Assembly: GCA_030141605.1 (NCBI GenBank)
Contig: JAQGDQ010001298.1
Location: 1-48,854 of the forward strand
From: Tubiluchus corallicola
Lineage: Eukaryota; Animalia; Priapulida
Direction: 5' to 3'
Length of the DNA: 48,854 bases
The notes beneath the pieces were generated by a model. The model ran no database searches, was not told where the DNA came from, and was given only the letters and a program-made list of their open reading frames with translations. Positions 28,324 to 39,381 of this stretch are shown one piece after another (position 1 is the stretch's first letter; each line of letters begins with the position of its first letter). The position numbers and the translations under genes were made by a program.

Positions 28324-28715
28324 CAATCAACCTCGGATATAAGGGACACCTCCAGACCGGAAAAAATCGTCCCTTATATCCGATGTCCCTTATAGCTGAA
28401 GTTGAGTCAGACCGAGGGCGTATCTAGACCTGTACTTTTACCCATATTTTTATGGATTATTGCTACACATTCAGTACAAACTGTATGTAGGAAGCTCCTT
28501 CAGTGATGCGAGATGTATGTGACCGCGGAAACTGAGCTGTTCGAAGGCCGAGTTTGCGAAAAATTGAGGTTAAAAATCGATCAATTTCGCTTTGATCATA
28601 GGGTCCCTTATATCCGAGTAACTTATATACAAAGATTTTTACATAGAAAAACCGTTACGAAAAATCGGGACCGGTGCTGGTGGTCCCTTATCAGCAAGCA
28701 CCTTATAACCGAGTT
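28324..28715. mobile_element. Tc1/mariner-like MITE, copy 2 (intronic)
   Basis: TA|CAATCAACCTCGGATATAAGGG start. Matches 24216-24670 with an internal deletion. Confidence 0.75.
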
Positions 28716-29104
28716 TTCCTTACAAGCGAGTGTCCAATATGCGTTTTTAGAAAATACGAAAATCAAAATTTTGGGTTCATTCTACGTTGTATTGTCATAT
28801 ATTATAATACTATATATATATATATTTTCTAAAATGAGATACTGGACCAATAACCAGATTAGACAAAAGAATGTAGGCCTATGCTCTTCCCACCTCAATG
28901 AAGAATGCAAACATCCTACGGCAGCTCCTCAAATGCAGGTCACTGTGGCGGGGCCGGAATCTAGCTGAGACACAAACTAGCAGAACCATGATCACCATCA
29001 AAATGTTAACCAAATATCAACTAAATATCATATTTTTATGTTTAATATTATCATCAGTGTTAAAATGTGCAACTCAGCGTTAAACCACGTGCGCTTTGTA
29101 TTTA

Positions 29105-29390
29105 GGGTTTAGTCTAGTGGTAATGTGTCTGCTTTCCGTCTAAGAGGTCGTGAGTTCGAACCAGCGGCCGGGTAATACCAAAGACTTTAAAAATGGTACC
29201 TGCTGTTGCCCTGCCTGACGCGTGGTATTTAGGGTAAAAGTGGGGTAATAATAATAGTCTGTTATGTAGTTGTAGGTTGTTATTTACAGTCGGTGATAAT
29301 AGCTCTTTGAGCTAATGTTAATTGTTGACCCAAAAGTCGACTTTAAATTAAGATTATTATTATTATTATTATTATTAGTAGTAGTAGTAC
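29105..29390 (+). mobile_element. tRNA-derived SINE
   Basis: A-box-like TAGTCTAGTGG, B box GAGTTCGAACC (29152-29162), body ataccaaagactttaaaaatggtacc, and (ATT)n(AGT)n tail. Confidence 0.75.
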
Positions 29391-29399
29391 ATGAATCCC

Positions 29400-29860
29400 G
29401 TGCTGATATTACCTAAAATCCACCATTACTTCGTTTCAGTTGAATTGAATTGCATTGTTTATTTCCGTTTTCCGATTGCAAAGCAGCCAAGAAATTGAAT
29501 TCTTTTATCAAACGTTTCTACGTACATTTCTCGATATTCGTGTGGAAAACTTTTTACACAAATGAGAATTTTCTTTCTAAAGTTTTTTCTTGCACATTAG
29601 ATGTAAGAGATAATGCTAGCGATGAACAAATACGGACTGTAAATTTCATTAAAGAAGTTACATGGTCTCTAGAACGTAATTGTCTTGATTTTTTTGACAG
29701 GAATGAGTTGTACGAAATACTAACATATCTTACTCTCACTTAATTGTGTATATTCACATTGTTTACTAATCTTGTTAATTAATGTTATTTTGCTTGTTGA
29801 TCTGTTTGTTTATTTGATGTGATTGTACCAAGAGTACGAATAAAATGATGTATGTATATA
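29400..29860 (+). mobile_element. Probable 3' end of a non-LTR retrotransposon
   Basis: An ORF remnant (HCLF..C...FIK) ending at 29743 is followed by a T-rich UTR, AATAAA and a simple-repeat tail. Confidence 0.4.
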
Positions 29861-30019
29861 ATATAAATAATCACTTCTTAAAGTATATGATAGACAAATT
29901 TATTTAACAAAATGTGCATTAAGGCCAGAAAGCCTAGTCCTGGAACAGGTATCATAGCAATAAATTTGCCTGGCGAGTTTAAACCTGTTTTCTGAGATGC
30001 ATAAATCTATTGTTTTTAG

Positions 30020-30228
30020 CAGAGTTAACATTAGCCAGGCTATGCTTCAAGTTAGATGCAACCGACGAACTCAAGGCTATGGAGTGTGAAGCACTGCAAG
30101 AACGTGGAGTCAAGGATTCAGTGGGAGAGATCTGTTACTGCAAGCAGGATCTTTGCAACAGAGCCTGGGAGATCGTACCGCACATCATCACTGTAATCAT
30201 CGCGCACATTATTAAGCTTCTGTTCTAA
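30020..30228 (+). CDS. Ly6/uPAR (quiver/sleepless-like) gene, exon 3 with probable GPI-anchor signal (spliced product ~148 aa)
   Basis: tttttag|CAG acceptor. RLC...EC...ICYCKQDLCN completes a 10-Cys three-finger domain. Hydrophobic C-terminus IVPHIITVIIAHIIKLLF. Confidence 0.88.
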
Positions 30229-30369
30229 AATGAAATCAAGTTTTTATCCTTGAAGTTTGTAAACTCTAGTGAAATATTCGAATCCGTATAATGAAAATAC
30301 ATCGCAAAGTTAATCGGCATATTCATGTTTGTTTATGTTCTCTATCGATAGATGGCAGACAGGTTAAGT

Positions 30370-30685
30370 ACTCATCATCACCATCATCATCATCATCACC
30401 AACGTCACCATCATCAACATTATTATCATCATCACCATCATCATGATCATCACCATCATCATCACCACCATCATCATCATCATCATCATCATCATGACCA
30501 CCACCACCACCACCATGATCACCATGATCATCATCATCATCATGACCACCACCATCATCACCATGATCATCATAATCATCATCATCACCACCACCATCAT
30601 CATTATCATCATTATCACTATCATCATCATCATCACCACCACCATCATCACCATGATCATCATCATCGTCATCATCATCATCAAA
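30370..30685. repeat. (CAT/CAC)n microsatellite
   Basis: Read directly. Confidence 0.95.
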
Positions 30686-31504
30686 CAGCAAGTAAATCTT
30701 TCCTGATATCATCATAACAATGCCCATTACGTCTACAGCAAACACGTAATATTGTCATACTACTATATCTCATTCCCTTATACGAAGTCTAACAATGTAA
30801 GTGACTACCCTAGTAGAAGACGAGTTCCATTCATCATGCCAGACAGAATGAAGTAGTAAGGACGTGCACCATTTAAGCCATTATGACATTTCACAAAAGT
30901 ATAGTAAGAAATAACACTGTCGTTATACGCGGCCCATTATAATATTTCACATCGGATAGATAACAGTAGTACGCATGTGCAGCATTTGCTCCACTTTAAC
31001 ACTTTACAGTTAAGTTGTGTTACAGTTATAATAATAATAATGAAGTAGAAAATCTATAAATAAAAAGACTTTTTTATTATAGTAAGTCTGTTTATTAGAC
31101 TACTTGTAGTTATTTTTATTACAACCTGTTGAATTTGAAACTGAATATGAACTGCAGTACATCTAAACACAACACAGTGAGGTGCAATATTATCACAAAA
31201 CAGGTCTGACATTTTCACACAAAACCAAACTCATTCTTGTTCACTAATGAATACTATAAATAGTATGGTACTATTTTCTTAGGAAAATAGTTGTTTAACA
31301 CTACCTATGAAATTAATATCTTACTGAACTATTGTAAGCCATCAGTGCTGAATAATTTAAATGAAATCTCAACATCAAAGATAGGAAAATAAAGAATGAT
31401 TTATATTAATAATATATTTAATTATTATGCAAACTTATGGCAAAATTAAGCATTATGCAGAAACTAAATAGCTTAGCTGTTTATAGATTTCTATATCACA
31501 AATT

Positions 31505-31682
31505 TAATGACAGCGTGCGGCGTGGTAGATTTACGCACAATTGTGTTAAATTTTGCAACCCTGTAAGCGACAGCATGCGGCATGGTAGATTTACGCAAAA
31601 TTGTGTTAAATTTTGCAACTCTGTAAGCGACAGCATGCGGCATGGTAGATTTACGCACAATTGTGTTGAATTTTGCAAGTCT
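31505..31682. repeat. 60-bp tandem repeat, 3 units
   Basis: gacagcatgcggcatggtagatttacgcacaattgtgttaaattttgcaac recurs every 60 bp. Confidence 0.9.
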
Positions 31683-32377
31683 ATAAACATAAAGCTTTCT
31701 TATCCTATCATATCCCAATACAAGATTACAAGGCAATTATGAAAACAGTAATCTACATAAAACAACAGTACATAATACTTACTTACATATACAATGAAGA
31801 CACAATGATTCGTGAACAACTCAGATTTTGCTATGAACAAAGCACATTCAAAACACACATTAACTGCATTATTCCATAAGTTAAGTGTCTCATCAGAAAT
31901 GCGCAAAACTCTCAGTCAGTGGCGGATTTAGTGGGTGGGCCCAAGGGACCTGGGCCCTTCCTTGCACAGTAACTGTTACAACACACCAAATTAATATTTT
32001 CTCTGAATTAAAAGTGTTAGAACAATTTGGGTAATCCTACAGGTGTCTTGTATCTGTAAAAATCAAATATCACAAGAAAACAGATGAAAGTTACGTACAT
32101 CATGTATGCTGTATAGCGTATGTGAAAATATTGGTACGTATTTTTGAGTCAAAGGCAGGTGATACGTTTTATAAACTAGTGAGGAAGTGGCTTCCTAGAG
32201 GAAGTGGCCTCTAGAATCCAGGATGTGGTCTGAAATGCAGTAAAAAGTATTGTTGTCCGGGTGGACCTCGCTGGGGAGGTTACATTGTTCCCCCACACCC
32301 CCTAACTGCTTTTCTGTTGGGCTCACCGTTGTTCTGAAACCTGCAACTGCCCCTCATAGTGCTACTGTTTCAGTAAG

Positions 32378-32963
32378 TTTCCTCTCTTGCGAACAAGTGA
32401 TGTACAAAGTTTCCACTCTTGCCAGTGAGGCACAGATTACTTTAAAGCAAAACAAGTGATGTACAAAGTTTTCCTCTCTTGCCAGTGAGGCATAGATTAC
32501 TTTAAAGCAAAACAAGTGATGTACAAAGTTTTCCACTCTTGCCAGTGAGGCATAGATTACTTTAAAGCAAAACAAGTGATGTACAAAGTTTTCCACTCTT
32601 GCCAGTGAAGCATGGATTACTTTAAAGCAAAACAAGTGATGTACAAAGTTTTCCGCTCTTGCCAGTGATGCACAGATTACTTTAAAGCAAAACAAGTGAT
32701 GTACAAAGTTTTCCACTCTTGCCAGTGAGGCATAGATTACTTTAAAGCAAAACAAGTGATGTACAAAGTTTTCCACTCTTGCCAGTGAAGCATGGATTAC
32801 TTTAAAGCAAAACAAGTGATGTACAAAGTTTTCCGCTCTTGCCAGTGATGCACAGATTACTTTAAAGCAAAACAAGTGATGTACAAAGTTTTCCACTCTT
32901 GCCAGTGAGGCATAGATTACTTTAAAGCAAAACAAGTGATGTACAAAGTTTTCCACTCTTGGC
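32378..32963. repeat. 60-bp minisatellite, ~9.7 units
   Basis: Unit gtacaaagttttccactcttgccagtgaggcatagattactttaaagcaaaacaagtgat. Confidence 0.95.
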
Positions 32964-33019
32964 AAAAATGCAGTTTAGTGTAAATTACACTTTAATAATT
33001 TAAATTATTTTGCGCTTTT

Positions 33020-33460
33020 TCTCTATAACTCAAGATTATGGACAATCAAAGCACAACACAAATCAGAAATTGATGTATTTCAAAAAAGAAACTACAGGGA
33101 CATTCTAGGAATAAAATGGCCAAAGAAAATATCAAACCAGGAGATCTGTATCATAAAGTCAAGACAGAAGAATGGACAATTAAGATCAAAACGAGAAGAT
33201 TAAGATGGATAGGACATGTTATACGTCAACCAGTTGACAGTCCATTAAAATCAAATTTTAAAGAAGCGCTGGAGAAAGAAAAGAAGCCACAAGGAGGACA
33301 GCTGCTGACTTACATCAATTTCATCCAAAAAGATCTTATCAACACACCGTTAGATGTTAAAACTACAGACACATGGGAGGTTGAGGGTGACAGGGCAGCA
33401 TGGAGTGGAGTAATCAGCAGGGTCACGTCAGTGATTCCAAAGATGATGATGAATTACGCA
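33020..33460 (+). mobile_element. RTE-like LINE, 3' fragment (frameshifted ORF end)
   Basis: YNSRLWT...IDVFQKR...ILGIKWPKKISN, then IKTRRLRWIGHVIR...DRAAW, typical of RTE-clade ORF C-termini. Confidence 0.8.
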
Positions 33461-33468
33461 CTTTAAGT

Positions 33469-33761
33469 CAAGGGTATGCAAATTGCGGCCCGCGGGCCAC
33501 TTGCGGACTGTGTGATACACGTTACTAATATGCATTGTACTGAAATTACCACTATCTGTCCTGAAAGTAAAAATATGTGGATTGTAATATAAATTTTAAA
33601 AACTTCTAAAATAGGTTCTTGAGTGTAGTAGTAATGATGTACACAGGTCAGATGCAAAAAATCCTTCTGTACTTGGTTCCTTGGTCAAACTGTCTGTGGC
33701 CAGCAGGAATTGCGGGAAAGTTTAATGTGGCCCGGCTAGTCAGATAATTTGCACACCCCTG
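33469..33761. mobile_element. hAT MITE family C copy
   Basis: caagggtatgcaaatt...aatttgcacacccctg ends with a degenerate TSD. Confidence 0.85.
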
Positions 33762-34132
33762 GTTTAAATGGATTCTGATTAGTAATTTAGGTAATATTTT
33801 AACACACGCAGACAAATACGTTAAATTTACACATACGAATAATGATGATAATGATTGGTTTATAGTTAATATTAGTTAATAGTTTATGCATTAAATTATC
33901 AACCAACTTGGACATCTGACCATCCAAGCACAATAGCATTATAACAGCAAGCTTCTTAAAGCATTACCTAGTCTAAACTGCACATGTCAAGCTTCTAATT
34001 GCATACAATATCTCCTTTACAATAAACAAATATTAAAAAGAACACGTATTTCCATAAAAGCTTGCAAACAATAATAAAACATTTCTGTTCGGCACATCGA
34101 TACAAAAAATATGAAACCTTGACAGTGGATAG

Positions 34133-34384
34133 TATAGGTTTTACACGTCAAATGTAGACCTACGGGAAGTCAAATGTAGATTTAGGTAATTCAAATGTGT
34201 CTTGGTAACTCAAACGTAGACTTAGGTAGTTCAAATGTGTTAACAATGGTTTTCAACAAATCTTAAGCATTTTTGGTAAGTCAAATGTAGACACATGTCA
34301 AGTCAAATGTCCTTTGTCTACATTTGACTTACCTAAGTCACATTTGAACTTTCCTGTGTCTACATTTGACGTGTAAATCCTATA
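34133..34384. mobile_element. MITE family A, copy 2 (internally deleted)
   Basis: Same TIRs as 2773-3210. Confidence 0.8.
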
Positions 34385-34742
34385 CATAGCAGGCCGTAAC
34401 ACATAATTAATCATACCAGCTATTCGTACTCATATATGGTAAAATAAATGCTATAAATAAATAAATAATTAATTATGAGTTATGATCTGCTGTGAAAAAT
34501 CCAGACATAGTATTTAAAAATATCTAAAATAAATACCTTGTTAATATTTAACTAAATGCGATGATTGCGTTTTACCTCAGAGTGCAGAAATGTAAAAAGA
34601 AAATAGAAAATTTCTCCTTGGAAGTATCAAGAGTTTTAAGCACCGTAGAAACATCTTTAGAAGTACAATCTAGTTCTATTACTATGTGATCACATTAGAT
34701 CCAGTTGTATTTTGCTTATTAAAACCTTTTTTACAGAATTAA

Positions 34743-35120
34743 CCCTTTCAGTCCCAAATTATTTTTTTAATAAGAAATTTTTTTTTTGGCTTGGTACATT
34801 TGTTCAGTATGTCCATCTTGTTTACACATAATAATTTTTTTTCTACCTGTGCCCGCGTGCTAAATATAGCCTGTATCCCACGGGATACATTGGGATTCAA
34901 TGATCTGTACAAAGTCGTCTCTAAAGTACTGTACCTTGCACAGCTTTTTATGCTATGTAGTTTTTTAGTTTGCCATTTTATCACCATTTTTAGTCTATTG
35001 TTATTGGCTTAAATCAAAATAACTATTAACAGATCAAATAACTGTCAGTTTTAAAATTTTATTAATTTTAAAGGCAGAAAATATTCTCGTATCCCACAGG
35101 ATACAACGGGTATGAAAGGG
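34743..35120. mobile_element. piggyBac-like MITE, copy 2 (inverted, internally deleted)
   Basis: TTAA|CCCTTTC...GAAAGGG|TTAA. Reverse complement of 4913-5357. Confidence 0.8.
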
Positions 35121-36207
35121 TTAATCTTTCTAGGGATGCTTTTAAATAGACATTATTCTTACTGCGCTAAATTCTACGAACAATTCGACAATTTTATATA
35201 TACATTATGACGTAGATACAGGTATATAAACGAGTAACAACTTATTATATAAAACGCACACAGATTGCTAAAGTGCAGGTTAAAATGGCGGCGTTTTGTT
35301 CTTATTTCACATACCTTAATAACTACTCAAATTACAAACCTATGTACAATTGATAAATTCAACTAACATGTTCAAAAAATTGCAATTACTGTGAACAACG
35401 TCACATAAACTTGACTAACTTTTGCTGGATTCTGCGCTGTGCTTCATTGACCTAGTGCTGCCAACTAGTGGAGAGAAAGGCGAACTTATTACCTACAGTA
35501 GTTTATCTTTTTATCAGCTTGCCCTGAAAATATCAAAAAACACCTATTGTATTGTAAGTAAGTAAATGAGTAAGTTTATTAGTTTATCACCATTTTTAAA
35601 ATAGCAAAATACAAAACTAAGAGATTTATAAATCTGTACAACATACAATAATATTACAAAGTGCAAAAGTAATTATTGATTAGTGGTGAAAGGGTGGCGT
35701 AAGAACTATAAGTTATCGAGGTCAGCCACCCTCTCAGGATTGTTACTAATATAATTAATTAGTTAATGCGCTTGAACCAGGTAATTAAAAATTATCAGAT
35801 TTTGCATTTAAGATGAATGAAAATTGAATTATTATACGAATGTGTTAGTTTATAATAAAATAATGGGAAAGAAGAGACACACGTGACTATCTTTAAATAA
35901 TAATTTAACTATTACGTATTTAAAATTAATGTTATGAGGACCTAGAGTCAAAGGAAGAAAAAAATTAATTTTCCGCTTGTAGCTAGCAAAAGTGGATAAA
36001 CATGTATGTTTAGTCATGAAAAAAGAGTTGAAAGAAAAGTATCTTAAAATTCTTTAGGATTATTGATTTGCTGCTATGACATAAACAACTAAAAATATAC
36101 GTTCTTTGTCCTTTGTAAGATCATAAAGTGGCTAAGAGTTGATATGTACTTCTTTTTTGCAAGACCCGCGATTCATCGTCATTTATAACTGAAATATTTT
36201 GTAAGCT

Positions 36208-36327
36208 GACTACGGCCAAATCACGTTGAAAACACCGGTTCTCATCTGATCGCCGAAGTTAAGCAACGTAGAGCCTGGTTAGTACTTGGATAGGTGACTG
36301 CCTAGGAATACCACGTGCTGTAGGCTT
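36208..36327 (+). rRNA. Full-length 5S rRNA-like sequence (pseudogene or SINE3-type head)
   Basis: 120 nt GACTACGGCC...GAAGTTAAGC...GCCTGGTTAGTACTTGGAT.GGTGAC.GCCT.GGAATACC..GTGCTGTAGGCTT. Single copy, several substitutions, no T4+ terminator. Confidence 0.88.
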
Positions 36328-36790
36328 GCGGGATGCCCACACTGTATCTCGACACTAGGCGGAGGAGCTGCACAAGCAGCCAACGGCTAGAGGGCGGAGG
36401 AGGTCAAGTGACCCAACGGCCATGTGTAGAGGAGTAAACCTTCCAAATCAGGAGTGGAGACCCGAAGGCGGACCAGTGCAGCATGCTCACTGACTCCGGC
36501 AGCCAACCTGGTGCCAAACGTATCGCTCTGCTTTCCTTTGGACTACACCAGCGAGGAAGAGAGGGGGTTCCTGTTGTCTGGGCAACTCAAGATCTCCATA
36601 CACCTTGCCCAGGCGTGCGCCCTGGAGACGTTCAAGGATCGGACTCTCTTGGCGCACATTCCATTGTCTTCCGAGACAGAAGGATGCCAACATCAAAAAT
36701 TTTGTAAGCTAACCCTTAGCTAGAGAAGAAAAACCCAATGATAAAACTAATGCAGAAAGAGGCGCACTATTATTGGCTTCAAAGTTCTTG
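36328..36790 (+). mobile_element. GC-rich body fused to the 5S head, resembling an RTE LINE 5' region
   Basis: Abrupt GC-rich block (ggcggaggag...gtaaaccttccaaatcagg...gacccgaaggcgga). It ends in KRRTIIGF, similar to the start of an AP-endonuclease domain. The family assignment is from recall only. Confidence 0.45.
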
Positions 36791-37244
36791 ATGGCAGGCA
36801 GGTGTTCTGATCTTAAGGACTTTCTTAAGGAAAACAATATACGAGACATTACTCATTAGAAGCTGCCAGGGTCGCAGACCCGGTGCCTAAAGTTACAGAC
36901 CCCGCACCTAAAGAAAAAACAATGTCTCACCAGGTCACATATTTAGCTTTTTCACTATTTAATTATCTATAAGATGATTATTTAATTATCTGTAACACAT
37001 GTTAGTAGCACAATCAGTCAACAAAATTGAAATGTAGACGATAACAATGGGCACCTCATTGTTTGTTGCAACTTTTTAGGAAAAAAGGTTTCTTGAGAAG
37101 TTGTGCACGAAAATAAAGAGTTAACTCATTTTATCGCTACTTATTGTTTTTCTGTATTTTTTCCTATAGCGTGTATGGTAGGTTCTTCAATGGTGTTTTC
37201 CACTGAGTCATTTACCTTACCGCACACGTTTAAAAGTTTTCTGT

Positions 37245-38436
37245 TGTGAGTTACTGTCGGCATGTTATTGCAAACACTCCGACAGCCGCTGCAAGTTGAT
37301 TTCCTGAGAGTTACTGTATAGTGTGAATGCCTCGGCGAGTTACTATCCCCACTTCTCGCAGTGAATGGAGAAGGGAACGTCAGCTTAGGCTTGCTTTTAG
37401 AGAGTAACTCGCAACAAGTTTTGCTCTCTAATCTTAGGCCTGCTTGTGAATTACTGTCGGCATGTTATTGCAAACTGTCCAACAGCTGTTATAAGCTGAT
37501 TTCCCGCGAGTTACTCTCCCCACTTCTTGCAGTGAATAGAGAAGGGAACGTCAGCTTAGGCTTGCTGTTAGAGAGTAACTCGTAGAAAGTTTTTCTCTCT
37601 AGTCTAAGCATGCTTGCGAATTAGTGGGTGAGTTACTGTCTAGTGTGAACGCCTCTGCGAGTTACTCTCCACACTTCTCGCAGTGAATAGAGAAGGGAAC
37701 GTCAGCTTAGGCTTGCTGTTAGAGAGTAACTCGTAGAAAGTTTTTCTCTCTAGTCTAAGCATGCTTGCGAATTAGTGGGTGAGTTACTGTCTAGTGTGAA
37801 CGCCTCTGCGAGTTACTCTCCACACTTCTCGCAGTGAATAGAGAAGGGAACGTCAGCTTAGGCTTGCTGTTAGAGAGTAACTCGTAGAAAGTTTTTCTCT
37901 CTAGTCTAAGCATGCTTGCGAATTAGTGGGTGAGTTACTGTCTAGTGTGAACGCCTCTGCGAGTTACTCTCCACACTTCTCGCAGTGAATAGAGAAGGGA
38001 ACGTCAGCTTAGGCTTGCTGTTAGAGAGTAACTCGTAGAAAGTTTTTCTCTCTAGTCTAAGCATGCTTGCGAATTAGTGGGTGAGTTACTGTCTAGTGTG
38101 AACGCCTCTGCGAGTTACTCTCCACACTTCTCGCAGTGAATAGAGAAGGGAACGTCAGCTTAGGCTTGCTGTTAGAGAGTAACTCACAAGTTTTGCTTTC
38201 TAGTCTTAAGCCTGCTTGTGAATTAGTGGGTGAGTTACTGCCTAGTGTGAATGCCTCAGCGAGTTACTCTCCACACTTCTCACAGTGAATAGAGAAGGGA
38301 ACGTCAGCTTAGGCTTGCTGTTAGAGAGTAACTCGCAACAAGTTTTGCTCTCTAGTTTAAGCATGCTTGCGAATTACTGGGCGTATAACTTACTGAGTTA
38401 ACTCGAAGAGAAAACTCGCTAGTGTGAATGTGCCTT
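37245..38436. repeat. 151-bp tandem array (~7 units) ending in a possible transposon terminus
   Basis: gcagtgaatagagaagggaacgtcagcttaggc recurs at 151-bp spacing and the central units look identical. The right end ctagtgtgaatgtgcct resembles PIF/Harbinger-type TIRs. Confidence 0.9.
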
Positions 38437-38754
38437 TACTGTCTTAAACAATATGCATACTAATGCTGATTAGCAGAACTACTAAAACTTCTTTATCAAA
38501 TTCTCCCGGCAATTTTATTATAAAAACATATTCTACAATCACAACGGCCACATCACAGTCAAAATAAAATTCTTGAATTAAACTCATATATATACATATA
38601 ATAGTTATTTTTAAAACCTGTCTATTAATATCATAAACAAAATAAACAAACTATAATAATTATAACCGGATGAGGGTGTCAAGATGCAATAAAAATGGTT
38701 TGCCATTAAAGTTTGCCAAGAAACAATAACAAGGTTCTAACTATAACACAAAAA

Positions 38755-38915
38755 AATGCAAACCACATATCCACTACTGCACATGACGATGCAAGACACA
38801 TCTCCACTACTGCACATGACCATGCAAGACACATCTCCACTACTGCACATGACCATGCAAGACACATCTCCACTACTGCACATGTCCATGCAAGACACAT
38901 CTCTACTACTATGCA
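38755..38915. repeat. 33-bp minisatellite, ~5 units
   Basis: Unit catgcaagacacatctccactactgcacatgac. Confidence 0.92.
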
Positions 38916-39022
38916 TTTCAACATAATAATGCACGTGTGAGTACTTTTTATTTATGAATGTAAATAAAGTAAACAGTCACGTAAACAAATGAATATAAAT
39001 AGTAATAAAATATATAAAAATA

Positions 39023-39381
39023 GCAAATTGCGGCCCGCGGGTAGTGCGGGTAATTTTTTCTACTAGATCGGATGCCATTAACCCTTACAAGACTGTTGTA
39101 GCTTAATGTCACTGTACTACACAGACTGTGTGATACACATTACTAACATGCATTGTAATGAAATTACCACTATCTGTTCTGAAAGTAAAAATATATGGAT
39201 TGTAATATAAATTTTAATAACTTCTAAAATAGTTTCTTCAGTGTAGTAGTAATGATGTACGCAAGTCGGATGCAAAAAATCATTATTAGGCCTTTCTGTA
39301 CTTGGCTCCTTGATCAAACTGCCTGTGGCCCGCAGGAATTGTGGGAAAGTTTAATGTAGTCAGATAATTTGCACACCCCTG
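39023..39381. mobile_element. hAT MITE family C copy, left end truncated
   Basis: Homologous to 43975-44484; right TIR intact. Confidence 0.85.

Noticed and set aside
29105-29175. Functional tRNA gene
   Set aside because: No complete cloverleaf or acceptor stem, and it continues into a SINE body and simple-repeat tail.
30323-30745. Poly-His and poly-Asp ORFs
   Set aside because: A (CAT)n microsatellite just downstream of the Ly6 stop codon, open in most frames, with no signal peptide or splice support.
32378-32963. Regular repeat arrays (also 26945-27440, 37245-38436, 41470-41800, 48195-48662) as possible CRISPR arrays or repeat-protein genes
   Set aside because: The units are head-to-tail with no unique spacers and no cas genes, in a eukaryotic context. 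The ORFs arise only because unit lengths are multiples of 3.
36208-36327. Functional 5S rRNA gene
   Set aside because: Single copy, mismatch in the terminal stem, and no oligo-T terminator; better treated as a pseudogene or SINE head.
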